Part shown: piece after piece, positions 14,911-31,282 of the stretch
How the letters are laid out: each line of letters opens with the position of its first letter
Position numbering within the stretch: the stretch's first letter is position 1
Assembly (NCBI GenBank): GCA_012295275.1
Contig: CM022666.1
Span: forward strand, 2,790,001 to 2,854,000
Reading direction: 5' to 3'
Length of the DNA stretch: 64,000 bases
From: Chrysomallon squamiferum
Taxonomy: Eukaryota; Animalia; Mollusca
Made by a program: the position numbers and the translations under genes
The notes under the pieces: generated by a model
Databases searched by the model: none
The model's input: only the letters and a program-made list of their open reading frames with translations
Told to the model about the DNA's origin: nothing

Positions 14911-15511
14911 CACTCTCTCCACCGTCCCTCCTCTCTATCCTACCCCTATTATTAGTATTATCAAAATTAGTAATTAATATTATTCAACCAAACATCTGCC
15001 TCAGAAACGTGCATCTGACGAGCCTGGTAATTCAGTGTTTAAAAATGTCAATATGGAATTGATTGATTGTATAATTTAGACTTGTGTGTAGTCAGTTTTC
15101 CGCTTTTGTCTGAAAAGGTCGGCAAAGTGGAGACAGTTCCATGTTATTAATAATCAGTGACTAATCAATGACACACGAGTTATGAAATTACTGTTATTAT
15201 CTGCAGAAAATTTGTCTTAAAAAAAACAACTCATCCAAACAATAATAATAATAAAGTAGGAGGGAAAAAGTGAGGTACAGATAGAGGCAGCTTGAGGCCA
15301 CTGAAGGTGAAAGAGGGAGGAAGAAGAAGAAGAAGAAGAAGGAGAAGAAGAAGAAGAAGAAGAAGAAGAAGAAGAACAAGGAGAAGAAGAAAGAATGAAA
15401 ATTAAAAAGACTAATCAGTGACACAAGTATTAAAATTACCATTATTAACTGCAGAAAAGTTCTCTTTATAAAAGAAATGATTAAAAGAAAAAAAAAAGAT
15501 AGGCAAAGAAG

Positions 15512-15566
<55 letters not shown>

Positions 15567-16282
15567 CAGAGGAACAGGCATAGTGAAGAACAAAAGACAA
15601 ACTGATAAATGGAAGAAGGAAGTCAAAAATGATGCATATTGGAGAAATAAAGAAAACAAAAAAGGAAAAATACAAAAATAGCATAATCAAAAATAATGTG
15701 AAAGAAGAAAACAAAGAAAAACAAAGATAAAGAAGAGAAATAGAAAAATAAAAGATGAAGAAGCACTAGCATACATTTTAATATTACTTCTGTAGATGTG
15801 AATAAGAGTTTTTTTTTTTTTTTTTTTATGTACTCGTCTGCACACATAAATAAATATTTATCCTTTTCAAAACAATCTGAATAAATTTCTCGGACACATT
15901 CACAAAACAAAAATCAGTTTAAAACTTCTCCAGTTTCCAACAGACTGGAATAACGAGACTAGCAATTCATCACAAATGAAACAACTGAGATTCAAAAAAA
16001 AAAAAAAAAAAAAAAAACACCTAAAATAGTTGCAAGAATCTGGTAACTCATGCAAACAAAATTAGCTTTTTTCTTTTTTTTTTCTTTTTCTTTTTTCATT
16101 ATTCTCTCATCTTTATTTCACCCCCCCTTCATTCCCCCCCCTGTCACCGATTAATCCCAGTTGTTGCCAACAGTAAACCTGTCATTACATGCATGGACAC
16201 ACTTCAAGTGGGCTGATCAAACTCGTAATACTCGCTAAAAACTTTCTCTCTCGTCCCGATAATCTGCGACAGGCCGAGTGCC

Positions 16283-16313
<31 letters not shown>

Positions 16314-16423
16314 AAAAGAAAGAGTTAACATCTTATTTCAATAGAGCACGTGGGGGTTTTGTGCGTGAAACTGTTACAGTAAAAACTAATTCAGTTTTTG
16401 CAAAAGTCGATGAGCAATAAAAG

Positions 16424-16462
<39 letters not shown>

Positions 16463-17393
16463 CGAAATGTTGCTGTCTAGACGCTATATAATGAGATTAC
16501 CAAAGGATAAGTCACTGCAAATTAATGGAAGGTTCTTCTCGAAGTCTGAGACAAATTGTTTCTCCGAGCGTAACAAATGGACAGAAATAGAGTAACAGTC
16601 TTCGTGTAACATTCCTCTGTAACAGATGGTCATCTGAGGTTGCCGTTTTTTATCTGAACTAATGAAATTTCTTTTTCCAATTTTTTTTTTGGGGTGTGTG
16701 GGGGTTTCTGTCTAGATTTATCTCCCTTTGTTTGTATAAGTTTAGAAATTAGAAAATGACAGAAAGTAATGCTGGTTAAAAACTGATTAAATTTAAATGG
16801 ATCTATATGTAGAAGATAAAAATCAAATAGTTGTTGTTGATACTGCTATTAATTATTATTATTTTTATTAATTATATACACTGGAAATTTATATATATAT
16901 ATATATAAAAATACATACTTAATTCAGTTTGTAAAAATTACATGTTTAACTTTTCTTTTTGTTTCTGTATTTCACTTCACTGCTATTTGTACTTCATTCC
17001 CAGAGTGCTGATTCTTTTTAGATTATTCAGTAAACATTATTAAAGATTTAAATTTTAAATTTCCCGAAGGAAATAAACAAAAACGTCAAATCTTTCCTCG
17101 TCCTGAGTTTATGAACAGACTTTTCTCTCATCTTCTTTTAAGAGGTGGGCAGCAAAAATAAATTATTTTACCACTACGCATAACAGAATTATTTAGTTTA
17201 TCGATTCCTATCACAAATAAGGAAGATCAGAAAAGAAAACAAAAGATAAATAATTAATTAATAAATTTCCAAACCTAATAATATAAATAAATTCAGTGGT
17301 AACAAATTCTCTGTTTTGCCTGAATGAAAACAATACAGTTCTGATGGTGAAGTATCTTTGTTATTAACTGGATGATTTTGAAATACTTCATAA

Positions 17394-17440
<47 letters not shown>

Positions 17441-17932
17441 AATAAAATAAAATAAAATAAAATAAAATAAATATCAAAATAAAAAAAAAAAAAAAAAAAA
17501 ATAAAATAAAATAAAATAAAATAAAATAAATGTTAAAAAAAAAAAAAAAAAATCGACAAAATAAAAATAAATTATGTGGAGCATGCGGAAAGCATTATAA
17601 TCTACATTTCGTGCCAGTAATTTCTTCTTCTTCTTCTTCTTTCTTTATAACATACAGATGAGAAACACATTCTTCTAGTTAACAAAACTGTAGTTGTTTG
17701 GATAAGACGTATCTCTGACTACATCATCACCGCAGGTGCTGTGAATGCGCTGTGCATGCTTCCCCATTCTCCCCATTGCCAACCTATTCCCTGATTACCT
17801 GTGTCTCTGTTTTTGTTGATTTGCAATAAACATATTACTTTTTCAATTACTGCGGCTGCAGTTGTGTGTAATATGATCTGTACTGCTCCGAATAATTACT
17901 CATTCCTCTTTTGTAATGGAAGGAGAGTGAGT

Positions 17933-18017
<85 letters not shown>

Positions 18018-18616
18018 GTGAATGAGAAAAAGGGAGATAGAAATAAACATAAACGAGGTTTGAAAAATAAAATAAAATTTAATGAAATAAAATAAAATAA
18101 ATAAAATATAAATAAAATAAAATAAAATAAAATAAAATAAATAAATTAAATTAATAAAATAAAATAAATATAAATAAATGAACAACCAAATAAATAAACA
18201 GATTAAAATAAAAAGAACACAAATAATCTAACTGTGAATAAGAACTTTTGCTATCTTGAAATTACTTCCCTTTAATTTCTTCAGGATTTTTTTTGTTTTT
18301 AAGACAGTTTCTTTTGAAAATGCAACCTCAAACCATTTTCTTTCTTTCTTTTTTTAATTCGTACACTAATATTAAAATACTGCAATAGCACTTCCTTGTG
18401 TCTCTAAATAACAGCCATTTTTAAAACCACCCCAGGCAGTTTCTATATCTCTTAAGTAGTCTGCCAAAGATTTAAAAAAAACTAAAAGATGTGTGGAAGT
18501 GACAGGAGCTATATCAATGCAGAGTTTTCATTTTCTCCATTAGATTTCCAATTTCTTGTCTAACTTACAGAATACCAGAAAAAATGTAAAAGAAATGAAT
18601 GAAAAATAAATGGAAC

Positions 18617-18670
<54 letters not shown>

Positions 18671-19033
18671 TTCATATTTTCTTCTTCTGTATCTCCATCC
18701 ATATTTCTCTTTATTTTGTTCATTTGATGATGATGATGATGAATAATAATAAGAAGAAGAAGAAGACAAAGAAGAATAAAAAATTAAAAATAAAAAATAA
18801 AAAATATAAATATAAAACGTAAGAAATAAAATATTTATGAAAAATAAATGCGTCACAAAAACAACCAACCAATCATCATTACCACCACATCAACAACATC
18901 AACACCACCAACACCAACACCAACAACAACAACGACCATGTCAGACACTGCAGCACTGTCAAGCGTTATTGAGAAAGATGTCCACCCACCTAGAGCCACT
19001 TTGATTTGAAATTAATCTTCACCATCTGCCTTG

Positions 19034-19089
<56 letters not shown>

Positions 19090-21248
19090 ACACACATTAA
19101 TTTACAAGCTCATTTCAAAATACCACATTGATTGTTACTGTGAATTGCCAAGCTCAACAACAATGTCGAAATCTCTTTTGCCGAGGAAACAGATGCCAAT
19201 TTTGATTTGAATTAGTGGTTATCCAAAGATTTTGGTCAATAATTTCGCTCGGATAATCAGGCAAGTCAATGCGAAAGATTCATTTTAAGGATTATTTTGT
19301 CGACAGATCTTCAGAATGTTTTCAAAAGGTTAAAGAACAAAACAAAAAAGATAGAGAAAGAATTTGAAGTACATTTTTAAGAGAAAAAGAAAATTAATGA
19401 AAATTTAAAAGAATAAAATATAATGTAGGAAGTCCATTTTGTTGAAAAAAAAAAATCCTAATTAAAATGGAACAATATAAAAAATATTTGAAAAAATAAA
19501 AATAAATAAAGGTGAGCTAATAAAAATAAAAATAAAAATATAAAAATTATTTAGATACTAAAGTACAATTAATACTGATGTTATGTAGGAGCATTACAAA
19601 CATGCATGTTGTTATTATGAAGAGTACTATAAAAATAAAAATAAAAATATATTAACAAAAATAAATACAACAATAAAAAAAAACAAACAAATTATATTTA
19701 AAAAGAAAAAAGAACAAAATAAAAGGATAGAATAAAAAAGCAGTAAGAAGATTAAGAATTAAAAATTAAAATAAAGGAAGAAAAAAGAAGAAAGATAAAG
19801 ATAAAGAATAGAAAATAAAGACAAAAGATAAAGAAAAAGGTGAAATAGAAAATAATAATAAAAAAGAAAAAAAAAAAAAAAATGGAACGAGTCTTTCAAG
19901 AAGAGTGATATGCAGACAAAAACATCGATAATATGTCAAAAGTCGCAGTCTAATTCCTCGAGATTTAACAACAAAGCTTCTAAACATGGCCGCAACTGCT
20001 GTTTGAAAACAGACGCAGGATGTGAGTGGCATTCATTACCAGGCAGGCCAGACACAGCTGTTGGAAAAGGCCAAAAATGGAACAACATATTCTTAAAATC
20101 AATTGTTGTCATAAAAGAAAATAATCTGAAGTATGGATGCCCACTCACTCCTATTCCTGACAAACAATATGGCCACTGTAACAGTCTGAATACACCTTCA
20201 GTGACAGACGAGAAAAAAAAATTAAAATGATAGATGAAGCTGAAAAAAAAAAAAAAATGGTGGAAAAAAAAGAAAATTAATAAGATGGAGAAATAAAGGA
20301 AATTGTGTAATGTGTGCATGCATGTGTGTGTTGAGCTATGTGTGTGACATGGTATGTGTTTGTGTATGTGTATACAATAAACTGACACAAAATTAACACT
20401 CAAAAAATCTATGTGGGCTATTTAATTATCTCAGATATTAATTATTAAAAACAAACCTTTTATCCAAAATGGTATCTAAATGAATTGAATGCTTAGGTTC
20501 TGTATTCAATTAACATGCCTCAAATCACCCAAGATAATATTATCCCATAAGTATGACATACAGAATGTATTTCATATCTCATGCGAGTAGGTGTTTATAA
20601 AAAACAATCTATATCTGAGTACTACTGCAGACAGACGACCTTTTGCTAGGTAATTAATGAACCTAGTAACTGTTTACCTGTATTGATTTTTACTCAGGTA
20701 AGTGTAAAGTATGTGCAAGGTAAAATAATCCTTGAAAATGAAAAAAAAAAAAAAAAAAATGTTTATATTATTTTTTTCATCATCATCATCATTATTATTA
20801 TTATTATTATTTTATTGTTTTTTTTTTAAAAATGAATTCAGAAATGTGGAGAATACAGAAACATTCAGTATAAGATGTCAAAAATAAATTTACCTTGAAA
20901 ATTAATCATTTTAATAATTTTTTCTTTTTCATTTTCTTTTTTTATTATTATTATTATTATTATTCTTATTTTTCTTCTTATTATTATTTTAACAATATAT
21001 TCATGTATAGGCTGTTATAGCACATTACATGAAAAATTAATTAGTTTATTTAGTAAATTCATATACATATTCTTCACATGGGCAGGTCTTTGTCACATAT
21101 ATCGATCTGTTTTGTGTGTGCATATACATAACCAAGTGCGTGTGTGAGTGTTTGTGTTGAATGTATGTGTATCTAGGTGTGTCCACAAAACATCAAACCC
21201 AAAACATTAGACACTAAAACACACAGAAACATGCATTTTCAAGTATGC

Positions 21249-21280
<32 letters not shown>

Positions 21281-21368
21281 GACCTTAAAACCAACATGAC
21301 CTTAGTTAATTTTTCTCTCTCTATTTCTTTCATTTTCGCTCTCAACTATTATCATACCATGATACCAG

Positions 21369-21406
<38 letters not shown>

Positions 21407-22654
21407 TACAGGCACATTGTGAAAGTGTTGTCAGCCTCCACTTAATTTAATTGCTGTCAATTCGGAGCAAGTGAAATCTCCATCATCCAAACCAATTATC
21501 TCACTCTCCAGACACCTCTCTACTGCCAGCCAGACGCACAGACACACAGACAGACAGACAGACCCCGAAAACAACCACTCTAGGGAATATCAGCTTTGAC
21601 AAGGCCCGAAAAGAAAGAGATGACCAGTAATAGCAATCCGAGGATTTTCAGCCTGCGCCGTATTTTACGCAGAAGGGAGAATAATTCTATAAAGAACAGA
21701 TAATTTGTCTTAATCCAGCTGTCGCTACTTCGGCTGCCTGGGCATTATCCCTTCGTGTCACAGAAATGTAATGCATAATATCAATTCCCTTAATGCAGGA
21801 AATGTTTATTCAATGGGGGAAGTGACGCATCACAAGGGAGGTAACTCTTTTTTTTTTTTTATTAATCGAATTTGGTGAATTAAAAATAACAAAATTCAGA
21901 GTGTTTTTATTATTATTATTATTATTATTATTGTTGTTATTGTCATCTGGAATCCAATCCATTTCATCAGCAATTTAAAATCAACAAAGTCATTATTTAT
22001 ACAAATTTTTTAAAACCAATATTTAAATTCAGTGTTGCTGTAGTTTACATTTGCATTTCATGAAACTGTCTGCCGTGTTCTTCAGCTCAGGACTATGTGG
22101 CAGGAGTGACCCACAGTGATGTTAAAACACGTTTTTTTCTCAATCCAACTCCATCACTCTAAACATACTTATCTGACTTTTCATTCATTCAATAATTCTT
22201 AAGATTTGATATGAGGTCACTGGAGAATTATTCCATGAAAATAAAACATCGTTCTGAGCTGTCAGATTTGACAAAAATCTTATCCTTGCTGGGAATCTTC
22301 TATCCAATTATTAGCACTTCTTCCATTGATGCCTACCGGTCAGTCAACTGAATGACCGACAGAGATAAAGCAGAACCTTTGTAAAATAATCTCCAGATGC
22401 TAAGATCTGACCTTAAACTGGTCCAGTTTTTAGGGCAGTGAGGTCTGAAGATTGAGGTCAGATTGTCCTTAAAGGTGTCTGTGGTCTGTTAACATTCCTG
22501 TGGGCTGCTTGTGTTAATAATGTATAATGGTTAACAGACTGTGTGCATAAGGAGGTGAGAACGAGGGAGAAAGCTGGTGTGGAAGAGTTTGAGGTGTGTG
22601 TGTTTGTGTGTTTGGAATGAGACAGAGACAGAGAATTGGTGTGTGTGTCTGAGA

Positions 22655-22767
<113 letters not shown>

Positions 22768-25362
22768 TAAGGGAAAGATAAAGAGAAAGAAATAGTGTTA
22801 AAAAAGATAAAGGCATTAAGATGAAAGAAACAGACAGAAAAGGAGAAGAAGAAAGAAAACAGAATTAAAAAAGGAACAAGTAAAATCATTCATTTATGAA
22901 ACGTATCCATTTATAAACAGAAAATTAAAAGTGGACAAAAACCAAAAAACAACACTCCTCTCACACACCAGCACAGACACACAGACACAAAGAAACAACA
23001 AAAATAAACAAAAAAAAACAAAGAAAGGTCAAATCCTATTTTCTTAAAAACAACAAAATCATTCACTTCATCTCTCTTATCACTCAAACATCATACATTT
23101 CACACGTCAGATAATTTCAGATATCTTCTGGGTCAGATATAACGAGTGCCATTTATAAATACTTTCAAATTACAAATATAAATATCTCGAAATATCAATT
23201 TGAAAATCTCGAGGACCAGTTATCTGCCAGTCCAGAGCTATTCCAGAAATGGGATCTCATCAATGAATAATTGATAAAGGGCAATAACAATTCCTTTGAC
23301 CACTGTGGTGCAGTCCATTTGAAGTGCTGTTATTTCTAACCCACCTTTCAAAAGGACATTGGCCTGTATGTATAAATATAATTCATTAATTTTTCATTTA
23401 TTTAATTATATTTCCGTTTTTTTTTTTTCCCCTGGTATGTATAAACCGACATTTGTAGGTCCTTAAGATACACACCAAAGATATTTCTAAATATATACAT
23501 TCATTAAGTAGGTATTTTATTTTCTGTTCTTCTTCTTGCCTATCATCTGAAAGTGGGAGAAACTATTTATATTCTGTTAAATTACGAATTTATCATAAAG
23601 GATTTGAACACAAGATAGCTTGAGAATGCTAAATGGTATGTCTGTTCCGAAAACTAATCAAACCTGCATTAGACAAAACCCTGCTAAGCTGGGTACTTAG
23701 AAACAAAACTATTAGTTATTATACCCAGTCTGGGTGTAAAATCTTTACAGGACTGCAATCACATCAAGGTGTTAAACTGCCATTGTGTTCAGAAAGACAG
23801 CTAACTAACGAGGTTAAAATATTCCAAACTGTGAAACCCTTGAGGGCCCCCCCTCCCCGGATGCTAGGGTACTGGTTGCCTAGCGACAGCCAGAAATAAT
23901 TTTAAATTTATGGTCGCAGTCATGTGTCCTTTGACAGGGGTGGGTGTGTCTGTTGTGTGTGTGTGGGGGGCAGTAATAAAAATAAAAAAAACACTCTGAA
24001 TAATTTACCCAACAGGATGTTTATGTGTGGTGTGTGGGTGTTAATCGTCATAGCAACAATGCTGAGAGACTGAAGAATTTTTTTTTTTTTAAAAGTATTT
24101 TTGAATTGGATATATGTTTTCTCCATTCTGTGACAGTTGTTTTCACAGAATTTCATGCATATTTATACATTCAATAACCATACGTGAACCACTCTTTTTA
24201 AACTCTCCACACAATAAGAAGAAGATGGAAAATAAAATAGGTTTATTATTTAACAACTGAATATTTTTTTTATCTTTAGTTATCACATAGTTCAGGACCA
24301 CACATATAATTTTTTTTTTTAAATGTGCTGATGCCAAATATTTATATACATAACTACTCTTTTCAATTAGCAGTAAGTGATTTTTAGCAAGAACCTTCCC
24401 ATGGACAGAAATGCTAATACTACAGCTTTTAATAAAGGACTCAAAGCTGGAATTGGAAACAATCCAATAATACAGACAAGGACTGATATTATGTCTTAGC
24501 ATGCCTAAGATATTTGTAATTCATTCAATGACTAAATCTGTATAGTTTTCAAAACGAACTGTCTGCATTATTTCACATCACAAGAATTCACAAAATGATT
24601 TACAAATTTTTCCACCAGGCTATCTCATATAATTTTTTTTTTTTTTTTTTACAGAAATGTTTCAAATCTGTTCTGACAACTAACCATAATGATCCACAAA
24701 ATAACCATACAGCTATTAATGAAAAAAAAAAAAAAAAAAAAAAATTATCATTAATATTAGAATTAATATCTACGAGAACTATTATCGCCTATAAAAATGA
24801 TGAGCATTGGCATCGAGGTAATAAGATTAGAAATTTACCAGACGCAGTTAGGTGAATCTGGTGTCCATTTTTACTGTTAAGCTAGAGTCATATTGGTTTC
24901 TGAGAATAATGAACAACATAGATAATTAGATTGTTAATTAATGGATTTTTTTTCAAACCTGGTGTAGTCCTCTGTCTAATGAACAATGTAGATAGTTTGT
25001 ATGTTGATTAACTGAGTTTGAAAAAATGGTGGGAGAGTCTAGTGGTCACAAAGGCATAGAAATATTTTTGTATGGTGATCGATCGATTTTAGAAAAAATA
25101 TTGGATTTGGGAAATGTTAAGAAATGATGTAGGTAATTTGTCCTGTAATTAATTGAATTCTGAAAAATACTGGAACTTTTAATGTTAAGAAAGATGTAGG
25201 TAATTTGTACTGTAATTAATTGAAATATAAAATTATAGTGTGTGTGTGTTAATTAATGGATTTCTTTTAAAACAGTAAGTGGAAAGAGAAAAATAAAAAT
25301 AATAGGAGAGAAAAAATCGAAATAAAATGGAGAATTGTTTAGTTTTCTTCTTTACTTTTAGG

Positions 25363-25399
<37 letters not shown>

Positions 25400-25519
25400 C
25401 TTTATGACACTCACCTACACACATACCAACAAAATTATTTTCATAAAATAATAACCTCTATACCAGGCAGACTGAAGGACATGAATATTACAACCATTAA
25501 GTTTGAAAATTGATCATTA

Positions 25520-26060
25520 TAACAGCACAACATTATGATAACAAGTAGGGGAACATAAAACAGAATCTACAAGTATTGAACAATCATTTTATTGTTATAC
25601 CACCCAAACTTTATTACATGAATTTAATATTATAACAGTAATACAACATTATGATGAAATTTTGCATGTAAATATAGTGTTCACAAAAAGTAGGGGACAT
25701 GAAATAGCACCTCTAAGTTTTAAACAATAACTTCATTGTCATACCATCCAGATGGGAGTACGTGAATATAAAATTAAGACTATTAAATCTAACACTTGAT
25801 ATTACACAATGTGATGAAATTTTCATGTAAGTATAGTGTTCATAAAAAAGTCAGGGACATAATGTCAGAAACTACGCATCTTGAAGACAGTAAATTAACC
25901 ATTACATCAGCCACACATGAAACACATGAATATATTATTTTCATTAAAACTGTCAGCTGACTGGTGTAAGTATAGTGTTCACAAAAAGTAAGGGACGTGA
26001 TCTCTGAATACACAAATCTTAAACTAACCATAAAACCAGCTAAAGATGAGTGTAACATTA
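25520..26060. repeat. Degenerate tandem duplication, ~4 copies of a 130-170 bp unit
   Basis: (tatagtgttcac)aaaaagt(a/c)ggg(g)acat recurs near 25545, 25680, 25840 and 25980. Confidence 0.7.
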
Positions 26061-27008
26061 CATCCATTAAAACTGACAGATGACCATTACACAAACACTG
26101 CATTTCTTTCTGGTAATCACTCACCAAAGGAACCATCACTTGTCCACTGTGTTATGTACCAATAATTTGTATGTAGTGAAAACATTTGAAAGCTCTCATT
26201 AGAATGGAAATCGTATACAGCCAATTTCATTGTCTCTATTCTTAAAACCTGACTATTTAAACACTAACTGACTAAAATGGAAGTTTTCAGTTTGGACATT
26301 TCCAGTGGGACCATTGTGCGTATGTGTACAACTGTGGACAAACATTTTGGACATAATGGAAACATTATTAAGTGGTGTAGAATAAATTAGTGGGTTAAAA
26401 TTATCACGAAAGCTTGACCACTACATCAAATGGACATCAAGTTTCTGGTTCTGCATGTTAAACAAACCACCTGGGGAATTTTCATGGATGTTGTTGCACT
26501 TAACTCTAACATATATGTACATTATCTGGTTGCAAAATAGTCTGAAATCTGTTGCTAAAATTTAGACATAATAATCTGGATTATCATATCTCTTGTTAAA
26601 ATTTACATATAAATATTGATATCATTTGTCAAAAAGGTCTAGCCATACTCATTTCTGAAATTTCTTGTATATGTTAGGTCACGTTAAAATTGCCGTATTC
26701 TTTTCCGAAATAACTTTGTTGAAGTTATCATCATCATCATCATCAGTGAAATTTTATTTTAGAAACATATCGTAGAAACATACATGTGAGGAGAATATAT
26801 CACACTGTTTATCACAATATGCATATCTCTTGTTGACAGGACTTGCAAAACTAATCATATCCACTGGCAAAATGTCTTATAAAAAAAAAAAAGTCAACTT
26901 CCATGCCAAAATATTGTTGAAAAAAATGATCATTCTTCAGTGAAATTAATTAGACGAGTTATCATATTTCCTACAGGAATATACCTTCCAAAAATGCATT
27001 ATATAAGC

Positions 27009-27039
<31 letters not shown>

Positions 27040-27787
27040 TTAATATAAAATTTACCACATCCCTTAGTTATGCCTAAATAATTTTGCCAAAATGGATCTT
27101 ACAGAAGCATACACTATAAAAACGTATCATATTTGGGTATAATCTGTCATATACATTATTAAAAAAAGGTTGTAAAAAAAATCTTTTGATGAAACTGCTT
27201 CCAGTGTGATAGCAAGGTTTTATACTCTTGGCACCTTACAAATACATAAGAGAAAAGCTGTGCTGGGGAATGTTATGCCACCACAAGAAGAGACCCTTGG
27301 GACAAGGGGGAAATGAATAATTCATACATTTTCGTCCAAAGAAACTAATTAGCTAAGCAACAGACCAAAAATGTGACTAAATATAGCCGCAAAAGTCATA
27401 AATATTTCACTCAGAAATTACTGTGTTAGTCCAGTTAATTGTTAATGAATAACACGGCTTCGTACTTAAATAAGGTTTAAATGAGTCCTGGAAGTTTGGA
27501 AGTTAAGAACATTTCAGAGTGCATTTGGTCTGGAGGGGTTTTGATTAATGGGGAAAGGGAAGGGGGGGTGAGGGGAGAAAGGAGGGAGGGAGTGATGAGG
27601 CAAGGTTGAATGAACTAATAAAACTTGTGTTTATGATTTCAAGCAAAATTCCAGTACATCTGTTGTTTGTTTGTTTGTTTCACCATTAGTTGGTAAATTA
27701 TTACTGTTCATTTTTCCTTTCCTTATTCTTTTTATTATTATTTTTTTTTGTACAGTTTAGGCACACACACACACTCACTCACTCACT

Positions 27788-27820
<33 letters not shown>

Positions 27821-29582
27821 ACAAACACAATTCATAAAAAATTTAAAAATTAAAATTATTTTCTCAGAACCTTTTTTTTTTTCAAAAACTTTACAACTGA
27901 ACAGAAAAATGCCAGAAAAGTTTTGAAAATTCCAGAAATAATAAAAAAGCAATTTACATATCACATTTTTTTTTTTTTTTTTTTTTTTTTTAATAAAATA
28001 TATATATATTTTTTAATAGCCTCCTGTATTCTGTTTCAACAGACTGGCAAGAAGCTAAAAGCAGTGAGCATGCAGTTGTCAGATATTTGATGCCATCTGT
28101 AAAAGATTAGGAGGCGGGTTATCCGAGCAAATGAAGAAAGTGCAGATACATTAATGTCAGAATGGATGAAGAATTGCAAACACCATTGAAAGTCTCTCAA
28201 ACTGGGATAAAAATATTTAAAAAAAGAGACATTAAAAAGAAATAGGAATTATTTTCATTTCTTCTTCTTTTTTTCTTTTTTTCCCCCAGTACATTCCTAA
28301 GATAATGAAATAAAGAAATTAGAAAACAAGATTTTATTTTTTTCTTCTGTTAGAAATTATTTATTTTTATTTTTCTTTGTTCATTCTAGAGAATAAATAA
28401 TAATAATAATCATAAAAAAACTAGATTTCTTTTCTTAATTTTATCTTTACATTATTTTAAATAAATAAATTTAAACAACAACACCAACAAAAAAACAAAA
28501 AACAATTAAAATCTTCCTCTTTCAAAAATATAAAAAGAAAAAAACCCACCCAGCTTTAACATTACAGTCTTCATCTTATCATCACAGAAAATATTTTAAA
28601 ATGATAACATATATATATAAAAACATTCCTACCAGGAGAAAACTATGCAGAACATTTTCAGTTAAACACATTTACTGTCGAGCCATTAACTTATAAAAAA
28701 AAAAAAAAAAGTAATGAAATATGTTATAAAGATAAAATTAAGATGTAAGTATTTCACAAAGTGTTTATCATTACTGACGTATGTTTTTATAGTCTGTAAT
28801 CATGGCTGATAGGGGTTTGTGAGTTCTATCCTTCTCAGCAATTAGCTTGTGTCTTTGTTACCTTAATGGAAATTTTCAGAAATTTAAAAAGATACTTTTT
28901 TTCCATTATCGGTAAATGGAAAGTTTACAGTAATATCTTCGAATCCTGAGACAGATTAAGGATTTAGAGTAAATACTTTTTTATTTTCTTTTAAAAATTG
29001 TTACCAAGAATTAGAATTTATTTGGAAAAATGTTTAAAACTCTACATCAGAAAACAGAAGATTTAAATTAATGTCTGAAATACGAAGCCAACAAATGGAA
29101 AATTTAAGAATATGAACAACCAAAAAAAATAAAAATAAAAAAAAAAAAAGAAACACTCAAAAAGAAACACTCAAAAAGAAACCCAAAGAATTTTTAAAAA
29201 TTTGAAAACAAAAGAACCACCATGTCAAAAAAAAAAAAAAAAAAAAAGGAACATCTATGATAAAAAATTCTTTATCTGATCAAAAATATATTTTAAACAA
29301 AATCAATAAACAGAAGATTTACAGTATACACACATACTTAAATATATATATATTTATAATATCAAACACTGGGTCACTAAACAGAAGATTTACAGTAAAG
29401 TGTGTACAGAGACAAATCATTTAAAGTAATTTTCTAGATGTCAGATTTCTCTTGAAAACAGAAAGTGAAATTTTTTTTTATTTATCACCACAATGGAGGT
29501 AAAACGATCTTGCCAAGATGTAATGTATCTGCATTGAGACCAGCTGAACACAAAGAGTTCGAAAATGTATTTCATGTATTTG

Positions 29583-29622
<40 letters not shown>

Positions 29623-30519
29623 GAAAAATGAATGAAAGAAAGAAAAAATGAAAATGAGAAAAAAAAAAAAAAATCCCCAATTCTCCATCCACCATAAAAA
29701 TTGACAACCTGAAGTTATAATTCTACTCTTGAAATTTAAAAAAAAAAAAATATATATATAAGGATAATGCACTGCATAATGATTTATTTACAAATTAACA
29801 TGTTCTTTCCTGTCTGCGAAAAGATCCCTTGCTGTTGGATGAAAAAAGAGTTCTTACTTTTCTAATTACATACATTGTCCATATCCATTTATAATACAAT
29901 TTCTAACAACAAGGCACAGATTAAAAATATTTTGAAAGTGTTGATACATAAAATGCTGGATTTTTTCTTTCTTTCATTATACAAAGAAAATCCATATTAT
30001 TATTATTATTATTATTAAATAAAAGTGGATTAAGATCTGAACATGTATTTAATGATAATAATAAAAAATGACATTAAATATTAATTCAAAAATTTGTACT
30101 GAAAAAAGAAAAAATCAATATTATTATTATCATTATCAATATGACTATTATTATTATCATCTTTATTGTTATTATTACTGTATTTATTACTATTTAATGT
30201 TATTATTACTGTACTTACTATTCTATTTATTCTATTTTTTGATTATTATTATTACTACTACAAATTCTAGTACCATCTGAACTTTAACAGTCCTGAAACT
30301 AAAAACTTCAAAACCTGGCACTTGGCAGCTGTCACACTATCAAACAAGACAATTTCCCATTCATTCTCATCACCCTATTCAATTTATTCAGATCGTCGTC
30401 AACATTCAAATTATTACCACCGACGTTACTTTAGAATTAATAAACCATGGACTCCATAACAGATTCATAAATGCACATGGCTGAACAAAATATGCTGTTT
30501 GCCGTCTAATATTTCTGGA

Positions 30520-30550
<31 letters not shown>

Positions 30551-31267
30551 ACACATTTAAACAGAAGCAAGCCTAAGGCAATACTGTGGGATGATGTAAG
30601 CTGCTAATCCAAGCCTATCAAAAATGGATGGATGAAGTGCGAGGCAGAAACGAGTTGAGTCGAGTGGCGATGGTCAATATTATTAATGCATCGTGTTTAT
30701 TCATTCATGATGTGAAAATATTTATTTAATTTATAAATAAAATTAAATAAAATTAAAAAAGAAAAAATTAAAAAAAAGAAAGAAAGAACAACAAAATATA
30801 TAAATAAATAATGACGATAATGATATTAATAATAAATAAATAAATAAATAATGATGATAATGATATTAATGATAATGATGATGATGATGATGATAAAGGC
30901 ACATAAATGATAGACAAAAATAAAAACAAATAAATGAAGAATTGTTTATTCATTCATTATATGAACATATTATAAGGACAGAAAAGAAATAAAAGATATA
31001 AAAATAAAAATAAAAATTAAGGACATTAATGTGACATTACACAAGATTGTGCTGGTATCTGAATTCAACCTTTCATTTTAATTTTTAATTTAAAAGAAAC
31101 CCTTCAAAAAGAAGAAAAAAAAAAAAAAAAAAATAAAAAAAAGAGAAGAAAAATCTATCTATATAACCTTAATTTTTTTTATCATTTTTCATTTTTTAAA
31201 TCTGGTGGGAACTTATCATACACTAAAAAAAAAAAAATTCACCCATGTTAACCTGGTGACATTTCCA

Positions 31268-31282
31268 CAGCGCCCTCTGCAG
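31268..31282 (-). promoter_or_regulatory. Candidate CTCF-binding site
   Basis: Minus strand reads CTGCAGAGGGCGCTG, close to the CTCF core (C)CAGCAGAGGGCGCT. Motif match only. Confidence 0.4.

Noticed and set aside
19910-20230. 106-aa plus-strand ORF of normal complexity
   Set aside because: No recognisable domain or TE motif; more likely a non-coding island.
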